A DNA stretch of 64,000 nt from Lama glama (lineage: Eukaryota), in assembly GCA_028534125.1 (NCBI GenBank), contig CM052832.1:21144001-21208000 (forward strand). The letters are read 5' to 3'. Of this stretch, positions 27,080 to 40,489 are shown in pieces. The position numbers and the translations under genes were made by a program. The stretch's first letter is position 1. Each line of letters begins with the position of its first letter. The notes below the pieces were generated by a model that was not told where the DNA came from, did not search any database, and saw only the letters and a program-made list of their open reading frames with translations.

Positions 27080-27830
27080 GATAACTGAATGGTTGGAATA
27101 GATGAAAAGATACTCAAAGTTATTTGCCATCAGGGAAATTTAAAATAAAATCACAACAAGATTCCAGTAGTCGTCCAAGAGAATGGCTAAAATCTAAAAA
27201 CTGATGATAGCATCAAGCACGAGCAATGCCGCGGTAACGCAGAATCGCTCACACATTACGGGCGGACGCGTGAACTGGTACAAGCACTTTTAGAACACTG
27301 TTTACCAGTAACTACTAAAGCTTAATGTACGCCCTATGACTCCATCCCACAAAAGAAACACATACATACACTCAACAAGTGACATTTACAAGAATATTCA
27401 TAGCAGCACTACTTGTAACAGTCAAAGACTGGAAACAATCCAAACAGTCACCAACAGGAGAATGGATCAGCATGTTGTGACACATCCAAAGAGCTGAAAA
27501 CTGAACAGCAACGAAAACAAAGAAACTATTGCTACACTCAGCAACGTGGCTGAATTTCACAAACAAAATGTTGAGCAAAAAAAGCCAAACACAAGAGTAT
27601 ACAGTATATGATTCCATTTATATTCACGGAAAAGAGAATAAAATGTGTATCTGTGGTGATAAAAGTCTTGACAGTTACCCTTGGGGGGAAGAGTAGCTGA
27701 GGACAGAAAGGAAGCTATCAACGTTGTTAATCTACAGAGTTCACTTTGTGATAATGTATTGAATTGTGCAGTCAAGATGGGTCTGCTTTCTTCATGTATA
27801 TTATACTTAGTAAAAAGATTATAAAAAAAT
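27080..27830 (+). mobile_element. Ancient L1 (L1ME-like) 3' region
   Basis: catcagggaaatttaaaataaaatcacaac, gaatggctaaaat, aatattcatagcagcact, tatgattccatttata. Confidence 0.8.
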
Positions 27831-28306
27831 ATACCCAAGAGATGCTACTCTCACGTCTTCTTTTTCTCCCAAGAATTCTTAACTCAGCTGACACACTGGG
27901 GGAAAAAAATCACTTCATTGACCTCAGAACTATCTGAAAGGGCTCATACGGCAGGTATTCAATGTTTGAGGAGGACATTGTTCTCCATAAGGACCAACCC
28001 AACATTTCATCCTTCAAAAGTTCCTTCCTTCTTTTTACTAACTGTTTTATTCAATACCAGACCAATAATGATACTACCAGAAAATAAGAAATGATAAGTC
28101 ACTGAATTACACCCAATGGTGAGGGCTACCACAGAACTTCGAAACACACTGAGAAACTCTAAAAGCAATTTCCAGCTCATTAGCACAGAAGAGTCTAAGA
28201 GAAACTTCAAAACATTTAAAATTCTGATTTCTCAGCTACTTGAAAGAACCGAAGAAATAAGAAAAAGAAGTATGAGTGTTAGCATTCAGGGATAAGTGCA
28301 ACCATT

Positions 28307-28720
28307 TGTTATGGGCTGAAATGTGTTTCCCCCAGATTCATGTGTTGACGTTCTCACTCCCAGTACCTCAGAATGTGACTATTTGGAGACAGGATCATTA
28401 AAGAGGTAATTAAGTTAAAAGGGCATTTAGGATGGGCCCTGATCCAATATGACTAGTATCCTTATAAAAAGAGGAAATTTGGACATAGACACCCCCAAAA
28501 TGAATGTGATATGAAGAGACACAGAAGAAGACGTCCATCTACAAGCCAATGAGAGAAGCTTCAAATGAATCCTTCCCTTACAGCCCACAGAGGAAACCAA
28601 CCCTACCAGCAGCTTGACCTTGGACTTCTGTCCTCCGAAACGATAAGAAAATATATTTCTGGGTGTTTAAGCCACCCAGCCTGTGGCACTTTGTTGTGGC
28701 AGCCCAAGCAAACTAACAGA
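28307..28720 (+). mobile_element. MaLR solo LTR (MLT1B-like)
   Basis: tgttatgggctgaa...cccagtacctcagaatgtgact...aactaacaga; perfect 5-bp TSD ccatt (28302-28306, 28721-28725). Confidence 0.9.
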
Positions 28721-31062
28721 CCATTCCTAGTGCAAAATTCAGAAACTTCGCTGCATCAGTTCATGAGTTCAATTCAAATTAACATCAGTTCATGAGTTGC
28801 TATTACATCCTGTCTGTGTGGGTCTTGGACTGGAAGCTCCTCTAAGGTAGGGGCTGCATCTAATTCCTCTGTTCCACTTACCAAGCCATCTCCTGCAGGT
28901 ATGCACTCAACATGTTACTTGTTTTGCTTTGTTTTATTTTTTTGGCTTGAAACATTAATTTATATTCCTCTCTCAAGGCCCACTTTTGTTTCATCTTCTC
29001 TTTGTATCTCTGTGACCCAGGAAGCAGAGAAATGAAAGAAGTCCTCCTGCTTCTAGAAACAATGGGTATGAGAAGTGCTTGTCATGAACACACAAAGGAC
29101 ACTTCTCTTCAGAAAATAAATGAATAGGGGTTTTTACCTTCCCACTAAAAAGAGAACATGAAAAGAGAAAAAAAAAAGTCACAAAGACAGAAAAAGATGG
29201 ATGACACTAAAAAGTAGAGTGTTTGCACTGAAGAATATTAAAGCTCTAATTTAACCTTTCATGAACATCACCTATCCTCACAGTTGGGCAAAGATCCTGG
29301 TCCCATTGTGAGCATCCCGTGTCTTCTAGTTCTACTGATACCAAAGCAAATGCGGTAAATCTTTCCTAAAACATACATCTGGCTACGTATAGCAGAGAAT
29401 TAATTCAGCTGCACCTGTAGCAGACCTTCCAAAGATAATTTACAGTAATTTGTCAGGATTAACCTTTTGATAAAACATAAATTTGTCTAAATTTAAAGCA
29501 CTTTAAAGAGGTGAAGAGGTCCTTTTTTATTATACAAATGCTGCATCAGCAAGTGGATGGAGGCAAAAAAATTCTGGTACTGAGAATAGTGACGACTCTG
29601 TTAATCTTTAGTGCTATAAAACAGAAGCTTGGCATTTCGGCAGGGGAAAAAGTGATTCACAACCAACTGCATCTTCTTGGTTAGTCCTAGAAACGTCAAG
29701 CCCTGTAATTAATGAGGGACACTGACAGGTCCACATACTCAGTATGTAATGACGAGTGAGGAGTCGGCATCACAGCATTTTAAAATGTTGGCGGACATGT
29801 GTTTTCAATATTCAGTAGCCACCATCTGCAGAGTTCGAGGTTATCAGACATTCCTAGAGACCATTCAGTGTAAGAGAAGAATCCAAATCGCCTAGGGGAT
29901 GAAAGCTTTCAGTGCTGGAAGCAGCTAACATCCACTCAATCACTTCCGAACACAGGCTAATAGCCCACACCTATATTGTCCTTTCTTGAAAGGGAGGGAT
30001 GGGGGTAAAATCACCATGTTATTCTGGATACTTGCATAGACCTAACTTTACGAATGTGGGGTTTTTTTTAGTTAAATTACATAATTAAATGATGCATAAC
30101 CAAATATTAATCAAAATGAATTTAGTGCTCCCGCTACAGAATTTCTATTTCAGGGACACAGATTGTCTAAACCATTAGATGACAACAGTATTACAGTGCT
30201 AAGAGTTGTCTTCAAGAAGCCAGAATCTTCCTGAAGGCAGCACTGTGCCTTGTGATGGCTCTTCTATGCCTGCAAGAAACCCAAATCGTTCATGGAGTTG
30301 CAGTGCTTTGCTTTCACTGCATGCAGTGGTAACTACAAAAACTTCGGCATATTGCATAGCACACATAATATTGATCAAGTATTCAAACACTTGTAAGTAA
30401 TCTTACTGCAAGTCTCTGGTGCTTAAAAATGTAGGTACCCAGCCAATTCTTCCATAATACAATGTAAAAGAACCAAATCTTTTAGGAAAATTTCAAATTT
30501 TACTAACCAGAAAAATGTTCCTTAAAACTGATTCCCACTTTTCCTTGGATGACCATCTGAATCATAGAGCAAGTAACGGGCACTGTTCTCTGCATAGCAG
30601 GGTAAGGCTTCATCTCCAGCTGTGTACCTTACCCTTTGGGCAAATAAACCACTCAGCTTTGGTGGAAAGAACCACTCACCTCTCTCACAACCCAAGGATC
30701 TGTTCCAGAATGAACCATCTCTGAGAGTGTCAGGTAATGTTGAAAACATCAACCAAAATGCTCTCACAGATCACAGCCAATAAGTAAACTGGCCCTTGAC
30801 TCGTTTCAAAGAAAGATATTTGAAATCTGGATTAAATATATAATATCCACCTAACTGTCAGGGCTTTTGAACCAAGCTTTTAAGAACAAGCAAATAAAAC
30901 TTTATTGCCTAAACAAAGACTGATGGCCAGGGCTCTATAGTTATCATTATTGTCAAGAACAGAACTCCTTTAACTTATGAAATAAAAACCAAGTATCCCA
31001 AAACTAAAAAAGTGACATTGGGATTTAACAGCAGCATCATGTCTTATTAAAAGTGAATCTTA

Positions 31063-31172
31063 AAATGAATTTGTATATATATATGCGTGACTGGGACATT
31101 ATGCTGTAAACCAGAAATTGACACATTGTAACAGATTATAGTGCAATAAAAAGATAAAAAATTGAAAACTTA
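31063..31172 (+). mobile_element. Very short L1 3' end
   Basis: gactgggacattatgctgtaaaccagaaattgacacattgtaac...aataaa; TSD aaaagtgaat at 31049-31058 and 31173-31182. Confidence 0.75.
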
Positions 31173-31181
31173 AAAAGTGAA

Positions 31182-31364
31182 TTTTTTTTTACATTTTTTA
31201 TTGAGTTATAGTCATTTTACAATGTTGTGTCAAATTCCCGTGAAGAGCACAATTTTTCAGTTATACATGAACATATATATATTCATTGTCACATTTCTTT
31301 TTCGCTGTGAGCTACCAAAAGATCTTGTATATATTTCCCTGTGCTACACAGTATAATCTTGTTT
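31182..31364 (-). mobile_element. Young L1 3' end running into the assembly gap
   Basis: Reverse complement closely matches 6610-6790; poly-T at 31182. Confidence 0.88.
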
Positions 31365-31864
31365 NNNNNNNNNNNNNNNNNNNNNNNNNNNNNNNNNNNN
31401 NNNNNNNNNNNNNNNNNNNNNNNNNNNNNNNNNNNNNNNNNNNNNNNNNNNNNNNNNNNNNNNNNNNNNNNNNNNNNNNNNNNNNNNNNNNNNNNNNNNN
31501 NNNNNNNNNNNNNNNNNNNNNNNNNNNNNNNNNNNNNNNNNNNNNNNNNNNNNNNNNNNNNNNNNNNNNNNNNNNNNNNNNNNNNNNNNNNNNNNNNNNN
31601 NNNNNNNNNNNNNNNNNNNNNNNNNNNNNNNNNNNNNNNNNNNNNNNNNNNNNNNNNNNNNNNNNNNNNNNNNNNNNNNNNNNNNNNNNNNNNNNNNNNN
31701 NNNNNNNNNNNNNNNNNNNNNNNNNNNNNNNNNNNNNNNNNNNNNNNNNNNNNNNNNNNNNNNNNNNNNNNNNNNNNNNNNNNNNNNNNNNNNNNNNNNN
31801 NNNNNNNNNNNNNNNNNNNNNNNNNNNNNNNNNNNNNNNNNNNNNNNNNNNNNNNNNNNNNNNN
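31365..31864. other. Assembly gap (500 N)
   Basis: Run of N. Confidence 1.
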
Positions 31865-33944
31865 TATAAGCTGCTTATATAATCTAAGAACAGTTATCAG
31901 AAAATAGAAACAAAAAAGCTCTCTAGAAAAGTAACTGAGCTACATTTTCTTCTTACCATGAAGAAAGCTATCTTATCCAGGGATTCCCTGCTAACCCTTC
32001 AGCTGAACAATATTTCATATAATAAATATTTCCTAGGTTCAAAACTATTAGCTAGACCTGCCTCTGGGCTCCTTTGACGATGAGAAGTTTCTTATCAAAT
32101 GATTAAGAGAGCACAGGTCCAAGGAGGAAAATCACTCTATTTCCAACGATTGTCATAACAAAGCTGAAACAAAGGTTTCAAAAGCACAATCACAAGATGA
32201 AGCAATGACTCACACACCTATTAGGTTTCTTTACAAACAAAATAAAGGAAAAACCAGATTTGCAAGGAGATACAGGAAAAACAAATATTTCTATTTCCAA
32301 TTCACCAGCTCTTTGCTTCTCCTTATTCTTTTCCCCCTTCAATAAACAGCCTCATTTTCCTTAAGCTATATATGATATCTAGAGCTTTGTAACTGCTTCC
32401 TGACTCCAGAACACTGCAGCGTAATTATCTTACTTTCACAGGAGGGGAACTATGTACCTATCTGCTCCACCCCTTCAATACTACAAGGACACAACTTGTA
32501 CGGAAACTTCTGCAGAGATGGTTCCCTTTCTGTGAGCTTTCTACCCAGGATAAAGTGCAGTGCAAAATCAGGCAGAATTTATTCTGTCTCGGAGAAGAGT
32601 CTCCAACATTTCCATTAAGGTGGGCTATGTCAAAGAAAAGATCAGAAGAGGTCAAATGCCCTTGACCTCACAATCAAAGAGATCTTCAGACTGATTTCCC
32701 TCAAAAAAAACCCAAAAACAAACATTAGGTTTGCCAAGTTTCACCTATTCAAAAATAAGCCAAATAGGTGGTTTTTATAATCAACGATTCAGAGAAAAGG
32801 AAAATCATTGCCTTCAATGATCTAGATTCACCATCATTAGTACCCAAATATTTCAACAGCAACATTTTAAAAGAAATGCTAAGAGAAATGCTATATTTTC
32901 CATTTAAGTGAATATCTATTTCAACTAAACAGTCATTCATGTTGTGCAACATAAAAAAATGCAAGGTCCATTTTGTGTATTTTTATGTATATTTTTTCAA
33001 CTTAACATAAATATGAAAAGCAAAAAAAAAGCATTGAATTTATGTATTTATTAGAAAATACAGTATTTAGCAAAGGTATGTTGCTGTTACTAAGACATTT
33101 TAGAGCTCTGTTTTTAACCAGAGTTAACAATTTTTTTCCAAAGTCCAGCAGTTTGGGGGCCATGATTTGATATCAGCCAGACAAAGGTTTTGTGGGGTTT
33201 TTTCCAAGTGGAAAAAAAATTGAAAATATAAGAATCTTAATCAACATCGGCCTCAATAATAATATTCTCCCTAAGTCTATCAGGATTTTGTCAAATATTG
33301 TTGAAATTATATATCCTTCCCTTGATAAGTGTTTTCCCACAATTAAAGGAAGATCAGAACAATACTTAATTAGTGAAAGTAATAGGGAACTGATTGTGGA
33401 TTCCCAAGAACAGAATTATAGTTATCATCCACACTTTACCATGAAGATCATCTTACTTAGAATCAGTGGCTACATTTAAATAAAGGTACTTATGAGAAAA
33501 TTCTTAGTAAGTACCAGAGGAAATTCCTACACTCCAAACATATTTACATCATTTAAAAACTAGAAAACAAGTGTTTGACCAAGCTGAGATGAGCTCTGGC
33601 AGGATGCTAGAAGAAATGTTAGTAATTATCTCCAGTAATCTCTTACTATTTGTTTCACCCTCACCCGAAGCAAGGTAAACAAACAATGGCTTAGAACATT
33701 TTCCTGGCATGCATTTCATATTCCCTAAATGTATAAAATCAGAAAAGTACAGAGGATGCAATAGGTCTTATGGAGAATGAACAGTCTAGATGTGTCTGTA
33801 ATTAATTCCCTACCATGATCACCTTTCCCCACTGGATAATAAATTTTGACTTGGTATATGTTTAATGGAAATGCACTCATGGAGGCTCCAAATTCAGTTC
33901 ACTAGCTCAAGAAAGTCAGCTAAGAGTCTCCCAAGTTTTCTTAC

Positions 33945-34006
33945 CTGTAAATGCCAGCCTTGTATTTTCTTGGCATTTTCTCCACAGCCCTCTGTAGAGG
34001 AGCTAC
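33945..34006 (-). ncRNA. Candidate 62-bp cassette exon
   Basis: Acceptor cttctccag|G and strong donor ACAG|GTAAGA on the minus strand; splice signals only. Confidence 0.35.
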
Positions 34007-34209
34007 CTGGAGAAGCCCATGTGGAACCAATTTAAACAAAAATGTCAGTTATCTTATACTCATTAAATAATCACAACAAGTTCTTGCCATAAAGAGGAGT
34101 TGACTTTGGAAAGAAATAATATGGAAAGAATCGCAAATATAGGGGAGAAATCACCCATTCTTCCCTGGAGTTTTGTGTACAAAAGAAAATTCTAAATAAG
34201 AATTAATTC

Positions 34210-34400
34210 CAGCTAGTGAGTACTCAAACCTTCAGCACTGAATCCTTTGCAAATGTTGACACTACACCTTAAGATAAATATTATCCTCATTTTACAGAAG
34301 AGGAAGCTAGTGCTTGAGAAGATAAGTAACTTTGCTCCACTATATAACACAGATAAAAGCTCAGAGCAACAGAAGCTTGGCTATGAACCCCAAAATTTAC
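34210..34400 (-). mobile_element. MIR SINE
   Basis: attatcctcattttacagaagaggaagctagtgcttgagaagataagtaactttgc. Confidence 0.65.
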
Positions 34401-34622
34401 AAAGCATTGCACATTTTAACCAATTTCTAAATGATGAATTTTTTTTTTGTAAATTTTGTCTGAGCTGCACAATTCTGTTTCAGTTGCACAGCTGATACAA
34501 CTTTTCTATCAGTTCATTGACAGGACTATACATGTACTCCACTCAATAGCTTATAAAATCCGAATTTTACATCTAGTTAGCAAGAATAATTACTTAAAAT
34601 AGGAGCCTCCAGATGGTATACA

Positions 34623-34939
34623 CATGCGCTATCCAATATGGTAGCCACTAGCCACATGTGGCTTTTGAGCACTTGAAACCAGGCAAAGCCAATTTAAGAT
34701 GTATTCCAAGCTCAAACACACATAGGACTGCCAAGACTAAAGAAGGTAAAATATCTCATTAATAATGTTTATTTTGATTACATGTTGAAATTATATGCTC
34801 AACTTACTGAGTTAAAATATGTCACAAAAAGAATTTCATTAGTTTCTTTTCCCTTTTTTAATGGGGCTATTAGAAAATTTAAAATTGCCTACGTGGGTCA
34901 CTTCTGTGACTTGCATTCTATTTCTCTTGGACAGCACTG
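34623..34939. mobile_element. hAT-Charlie MITE (MER33/MER3-like)
   Basis: Ends gcgctatccaata...ttggacagcactg; diagnostic tggtagccactagccacatgtggct. Confidence 0.85.
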
Positions 34940-36606
34940 CATAAACTGTTAAGAATACCCTTCTGTGCTCATCCCCACCACAAGATGAGTTACAAGGTTG
35001 ATACGTGAGCCCATGACACCTAATTTACTAGAGAAAGCTTTGCTGGCACCAAAACATATGGATTTTAATCATTATTCAATCATTAACTCATTCAGGTAAA
35101 TAATTATTTACTGAGCAACTGCTATGTCCTTGGCAAAATAATACAAAGTCTGATCCACGGACCTGTCTTTTGGGAATTTCGTAAGGGACCTTTCAGGCAA
35201 GGTTCCCATCACACCACTTAATACTTCAGTGATAAGGCTGTAGCTATTAGTAAAAATTAAATGGCATATTTGGAGCATATTTAAAATACGGCAGATAGAG
35301 ATGAGGATGGTGCCAACAATGATTAAAGGATTTCATTAATTGGACACGTGGGGTGGGGTGACCTAAAGCTAAAACAGTCCGATGTCAATTTCAGCCTCAA
35401 TCAGAAGTTAACATAATCAAGAAAATGCACATTCAATCCAAGGAAGAACAAGGATCTCTTTCAAATCTACTTCTCACCCCACCTGCATAGCCAAGGTGGG
35501 GATGAACTGAATTTCACTTTAGTCACACTATTGTAATTATCTGCTAGACTTTCTTACTAAAAACAATGAAAGTGACTAAAGAAGTCAAAGAGTGTATTAA
35601 CATTTCTGTGTGGCATCAGGCAATGATGTAAGTGCTTTAAAAAATGAATCTTACAGTAAGTCTGTAAAGAAACTACTACCTACACTGTACATATCAACGG
35701 ACACAAAACCAACATGTTCCACAATGCTGTATGGTGTGCAATTTGCCTTTCCTTTCCCATTAGTTTAATAATATGGTTAGATGTTCTAGCAATTTATTTT
35801 AACTCCTACCTGGCTTTATAACGTAATTGAGATCCTAGAGGAACGGTCTTAGAGGAAACCCTGTTTCCCTACGGAAGAACAACAAAGAAATGCCACTGAA
35901 TATTGAGAACAATGTTCACCCCCAGGCCAGCCTACTGAGTCAAGATTCCAGATTCTTTTCTACAGTGTCTCCATATGTAAAAACAAACTGTATATTTCCC
36001 AAAGAACACCATCCCGCAGTCCATTCAACTAAAGTCCCAGTAAATACACAAAGGGTTCTGCTTGAATAAGAACCAAGCTCATCGTTTCAAAATGACATTT
36101 CATGGAAGATTTGAGCAGAAGACATTCTGTGTTTGAACCAGAAATCCCAGAACACTGTCACTTAGATATTGTCAGTGCTGAAGAAGAAAAAGCCAGCACC
36201 AAGGTAGTATCTAATTAAGATGTCAAACGATTGCCTGGAATGACTCGCTTTTCTTACTCTGCTAGATGAAGTCTTCTTGGTGGTATTATTAATATTCCAG
36301 CAAAAGAATTGCTACATTAAAAGGCAGTGTAAATCCAAGCTTTAAGATGCAATAAACTCGCAAGAGACTAAGCCTCGGGGGTATTAACGTCTTCTTTTGC
36401 AAATGAATAGCCAGATCTTGCTGGGCTCACTTCTCTTCCAATAAAATTTTAAATACAAGTCTTGAGGCTCTGAATGGCTGAACCAGTGAAGAAGTCAGTT
36501 CAGGTACTTGAGTATTTGAGTGCCCATTAGGTGCATACCTCGGAATACTGAGTAGAAGTCCAGTACAGAGGAGAAGACATTGCCTGGCCCTCAGAGGTTT
36601 ACAGCC

Positions 36607-37069
36607 TTTATTAGTGTCCTAGGGTTGCAGTAACAAATTATCACAAATTCCATGGCTTAAATCCATGGAAATTTCTCTCTCATGATTCTGGAAGCCGTAT
36701 GTCCAAACTCAAGGTATTGACAGGGCCATGACAGGAGCCTTCGCAGGCTCCGGGGGAGAATCTACACCTTGTCTCTTCTAGCTTGGGGTGGCTGCTGCCA
36801 TTTCTTGCACTGTGGCCCAATTACTCTAATCTCTGCCACCATCTTCACATCACCTCCTGCTCTGCTCCATGGGGATGATCTTCTGCCTCTGTCTTAGAAG
36901 GACATTTACAATTGGATTTAGGGTCACCCAGATAACCCAAGACAATCACCTCACGCCAAGATCCTTAACTTAATCACATCTGCAAAGACCATTTTTTTTC
37001 TATGGTGATATTTACACATTCCAGTTATTAGGACCTATCTGTTTGGGAGGCAGGACTCCCAGCCATCAA
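36607..37069 (-). mobile_element. MaLR LTR (MLT1C/D-like)
   Basis: tattagtgtcctagggttgcagtaacaaattatcacaaa...atccttaacttaatcacatctgcaaagacc. Confidence 0.85.
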
Positions 37070-38251
37070 ACTGAAGTGACCAAAAACCAAGCAAAGCAGC
37101 ATTAAGAGGTGGTAAACTGGGTGGCATCAGCAAACTTTCTGCCTGAGTTCAGGGAATATGGTCCAGGCTGCCTGACTGGGATGGTTCTCCTGGGACTGGG
37201 TGAGGCTCTGCTAATCTTCTCTCAGATACCCTCAGATGACTTCGTGAGCTTCTGAAGGGCTGCTCTCAGCCCTCCAGTATTATTATCCTGGCTGTTCTTA
37301 ATGGTCTCTTGCTTGCCTCATCTTTATTCTACTGCACTCACTCCAAGTTTCCCACCCCGTTACAATGTGGTACAGTTCTTTTGTTGTCCTTTTTGTTTTT
37401 ATTGTTGTTGTTTGCTTTAGGGTTAATCTTTTCACAGCTGTAGTGAGCAACCACCTTACATGACCTGAGGGACACAGAAAGGTTCCTGTTGCCCCAAATG
37501 ATTACCTTCCGGGACATATCACAATGCCTAAAATTCCTCACATTTCTTCTCTGGACTAAAGCCCACCATTTCAATTCAAATATTATTTTGTAGTGATTAC
37601 ACATTAAACCGTGGACTTAATGAATCTTCACGAAAGAAACCTTTAGATTCATTATTTCCAAAACATGTATTTGTCAAAAGATTAGTTCTGTGGTGTTTTG
37701 TTAATGAATGTTCTTTGAGTATTAAAAAAAACTAAAACAAAATAAAAAATCAGAGGGGGCATGATTCCATATTCAAAAAAGAAGTGAAACTCTAACCACT
37801 GGGCATCTCAGTGTGTTTAGAGGGCTTGCCGAGCCTCCAAAAAGGGCTTCACAGTGTGTAGAGTTCTCCAAACATATTCAGACACAGATGCCTCTTTTCC
37901 TCTTAAGCTGCATGATGGCAGGAACCATGTCCGTTTTTGCTCAATTTTGTATCTCCAGCATCTGGTCCAGTCCTTACATGTGGAAGGTATGGTGGAAGCA
38001 AGGTGGATGGATTGATGGAAGGAATAACATCTTCAGAGATTCAATGGCTCTGGATGATCCAGAAAAGGAAAGAGGACAAAGAGAAAGAGACAAATTGGCA
38101 AAAGGAGAAAAGGAGGTTGAAAAAATGGGAAGAGCAGACAGTAGCAGTCAAATTTCCCCTAAATGACAATTTTGCTCAAAGTCAATTTTGAGCAGGGAGT
38201 TGATACTGAGACTATTTGCAGATCCCTATGCTACGTCTTTGCTGGAGAGGC

Positions 38252-38612
38252 AAGCAACAGATTGAATGTTTGTGTCTCTCCAAAAAAGTATACATTGAAA
38301 CCCCAGTCTCCAATGTGATGGTATTTGGAGGTGAGGCCTTTGGGAGGTAATTGGATTTGAATGGGTGGAGGCCCCACGATGAGACTGGCTCTGTTGTAAG
38401 GAGATGAAGAGCCCAGAGATCTCTCTCCACCAAGTGAGGATACAGCAAGAAAGCAGTTGCCAGCAAAACAGGAAGAGGGCCCTTACCAGACACCGAACGT
38501 GCCCACACCATGATACTGAACTTGCCCGCCTCCAGAACTGTGAGAAATAAACGTCTGGTATTTAAGCCACACGGTCTGCAGTATTTTGTTACAGCAACCC
38601 AAGCAATAGACA
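38252..38612 (+). mobile_element. MaLR LTR (MLT1A0-like)
   Basis: gaatgtttgtgtc...ccaatgtgatggtatttggaggtgaggcc...ctccagaactgtgagaaataaa...ttgttacagca. Confidence 0.85.
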
Positions 38613-38614
38613 GC

Positions 38615-38760
38615 ACGGCGCAGTGTGTGGACCCAGACACACCTGGGTCCAACTCCCAGCTCTACCGCTAATAGCTTCCATTTCCTCACTTGCAAGATGT
38701 GGATAACAGTGCCTCTCTTATGAGGTGGTTGACAGGTTTAGAGGAATCATTTCCCTAAAG
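38615..38760 (+). mobile_element. MIR SINE
   Basis: cctgggtccaactcccagctctacc...tttcctcacttgcaagatgtggataacagtgcct. Confidence 0.6.
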
Positions 38761-40475
38761 ACCAGCATATAGTCATCTCTGAAGAGTTCCTTCCAGTCTA
38801 CACTTTCATCTCCCAAGGGCCTTGCAAAGTGCTTCATATAAGCACATGACTTAGGAATATTACTTAATTGATGTACTGTTTCCTGTATTAGTTTCTTTCC
38901 TTCCTCCTTCTCTCCCTCCCTCTCTTCCTTTTTTTTCCTTTTATCCTCCTGTTTCAACTGGGTGAAATACAGTCACATAGTTCAAAATTCAAATGATATA
39001 CAAGAATATGCCATGAAAATAAATTATCCTTCCTTCCACTGGACCCAGGCATCCAATTCTCCTTTCTGAAGCATCCAGTTTTACTAGCAACAGAGTTTCA
39101 GTCAACAGCTGCTTGTAAATTAAGCTCAGAATTAAATACTGCTCATTCTGGGTAAATGAGTAAATGAAAACAAAATGCCCTACTCTTATTCATCACTCCA
39201 GAAGGTCTTCCAGCAAGGCTAACCTGTTTCAGCTAGTTTGTTACAATTCCTTGTGTGGATTCATCAAATAGTCTGGTTAATAAAGGACCACTACATATAG
39301 GATTCCCCCATCACCAGTTTTCAAAGACTCAGAACACTCGGATACATTTGACATAGAAATGGTACTTAGCACAGCTTAATTCTTTTTAGATGATTGAGAG
39401 GCTCTGTATTTCACCACACTTTGGAGATGTCATTTTTGGTCTATGGATCAGTGCAACGCCCTGGGAAAAGGCAAAAGTGATAGCAAATAGACAGTTCTGA
39501 TTTGGAAAATATGCTAGATTACTTTTTTTTTTAAAGCAGACTATTAGGACCCAATAAGAACAGGAGTTAGAGCCTGAGATGTCCAGGGTTGGCCAGGAGC
39601 CACTGAAATTGACCAGCCCTGAGGACTGAGGTCTAAAGGAGGTGGGAACCAAGGACAAGAAGCAGTGGCAGGATAGGACCAGGCAGAGTTAAGGCCAGTG
39701 ACAAAACCACTGAGGAGCACAAATGGCCAGGATATGCAAAGACAAACGATTTGAATCTGTGCACCAAGTCATGGAATTTGCGTAAGAATGTTGAATCAGC
39801 AGGTGAGTAAGAATTAAACTTGATGCAGAGCCAGGAGTCAGAGAATAAGATGGGAGTCACAAGATGCTCAGAATCTGTGCCCCTTTTCTGGGCACCTGGA
39901 TTCCCCTCTATGTTCCAAAGGTGATCTGACTATCAAGCCAGAGTTAGCCAAACCCATCCCTGGCTCTGGAAGCCTCAGAATGCACACACTGTGGGAACTC
40001 AGGAGGCCACTCCACACAGCAAGGATTTGGCAGTAGAATAATGATAACGCGATGCTTCTTGATCTTGCTTGCTTGCATCTCAAATATATTCTTACAGCCA
40101 TTTGGCTAAAAGCCTACGCAATATATTTAGGTATACTCATATAATCATTACAGTCAAATGAGAATTTGGAATTTGGCTGCAGAGTCAGGCAGAATTTGAC
40201 AGAAAGTTTTGAAGAAAAAACATTCCAGGAACTTTCACCTGCATTCCCCACTGAGACAAAAGCTGAAAATGTATCATGACAGAACCATGGTTTATTTATC
40301 CCAAAGACAGAATGAAAACAAGTGCCTTTTATTTATTCTTTTAACTATACTAACCTGCAGAATACAAAAGAAGCTGGACACATGGGCTAGTAATTTTTTG
40401 TTATTACCTTCCCTTTATTCTAATCACTGAGTAGGAAGTGTTCCAGCAGGGTTGACATATATTTAATTAATTGTG

Positions 40476-40489
40476 CCGCCCCCTAATGG
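40476..40489 (-). promoter_or_regulatory. CTCF-like core motif
   Basis: Minus strand CCATTAGGGGGCGG matches CCASYAGRKGGCRS at 13/14 positions. Confidence 0.45.

Noticed and set aside
28754..28798. 16-bp direct repeat catcagttcatgagtt x2
   Set aside because: Only two copies with a 13-bp spacer; a simple local duplication, not an array
31286..31907. Long X-containing ORFs
   Set aside because: Artefacts of the 500-N gap
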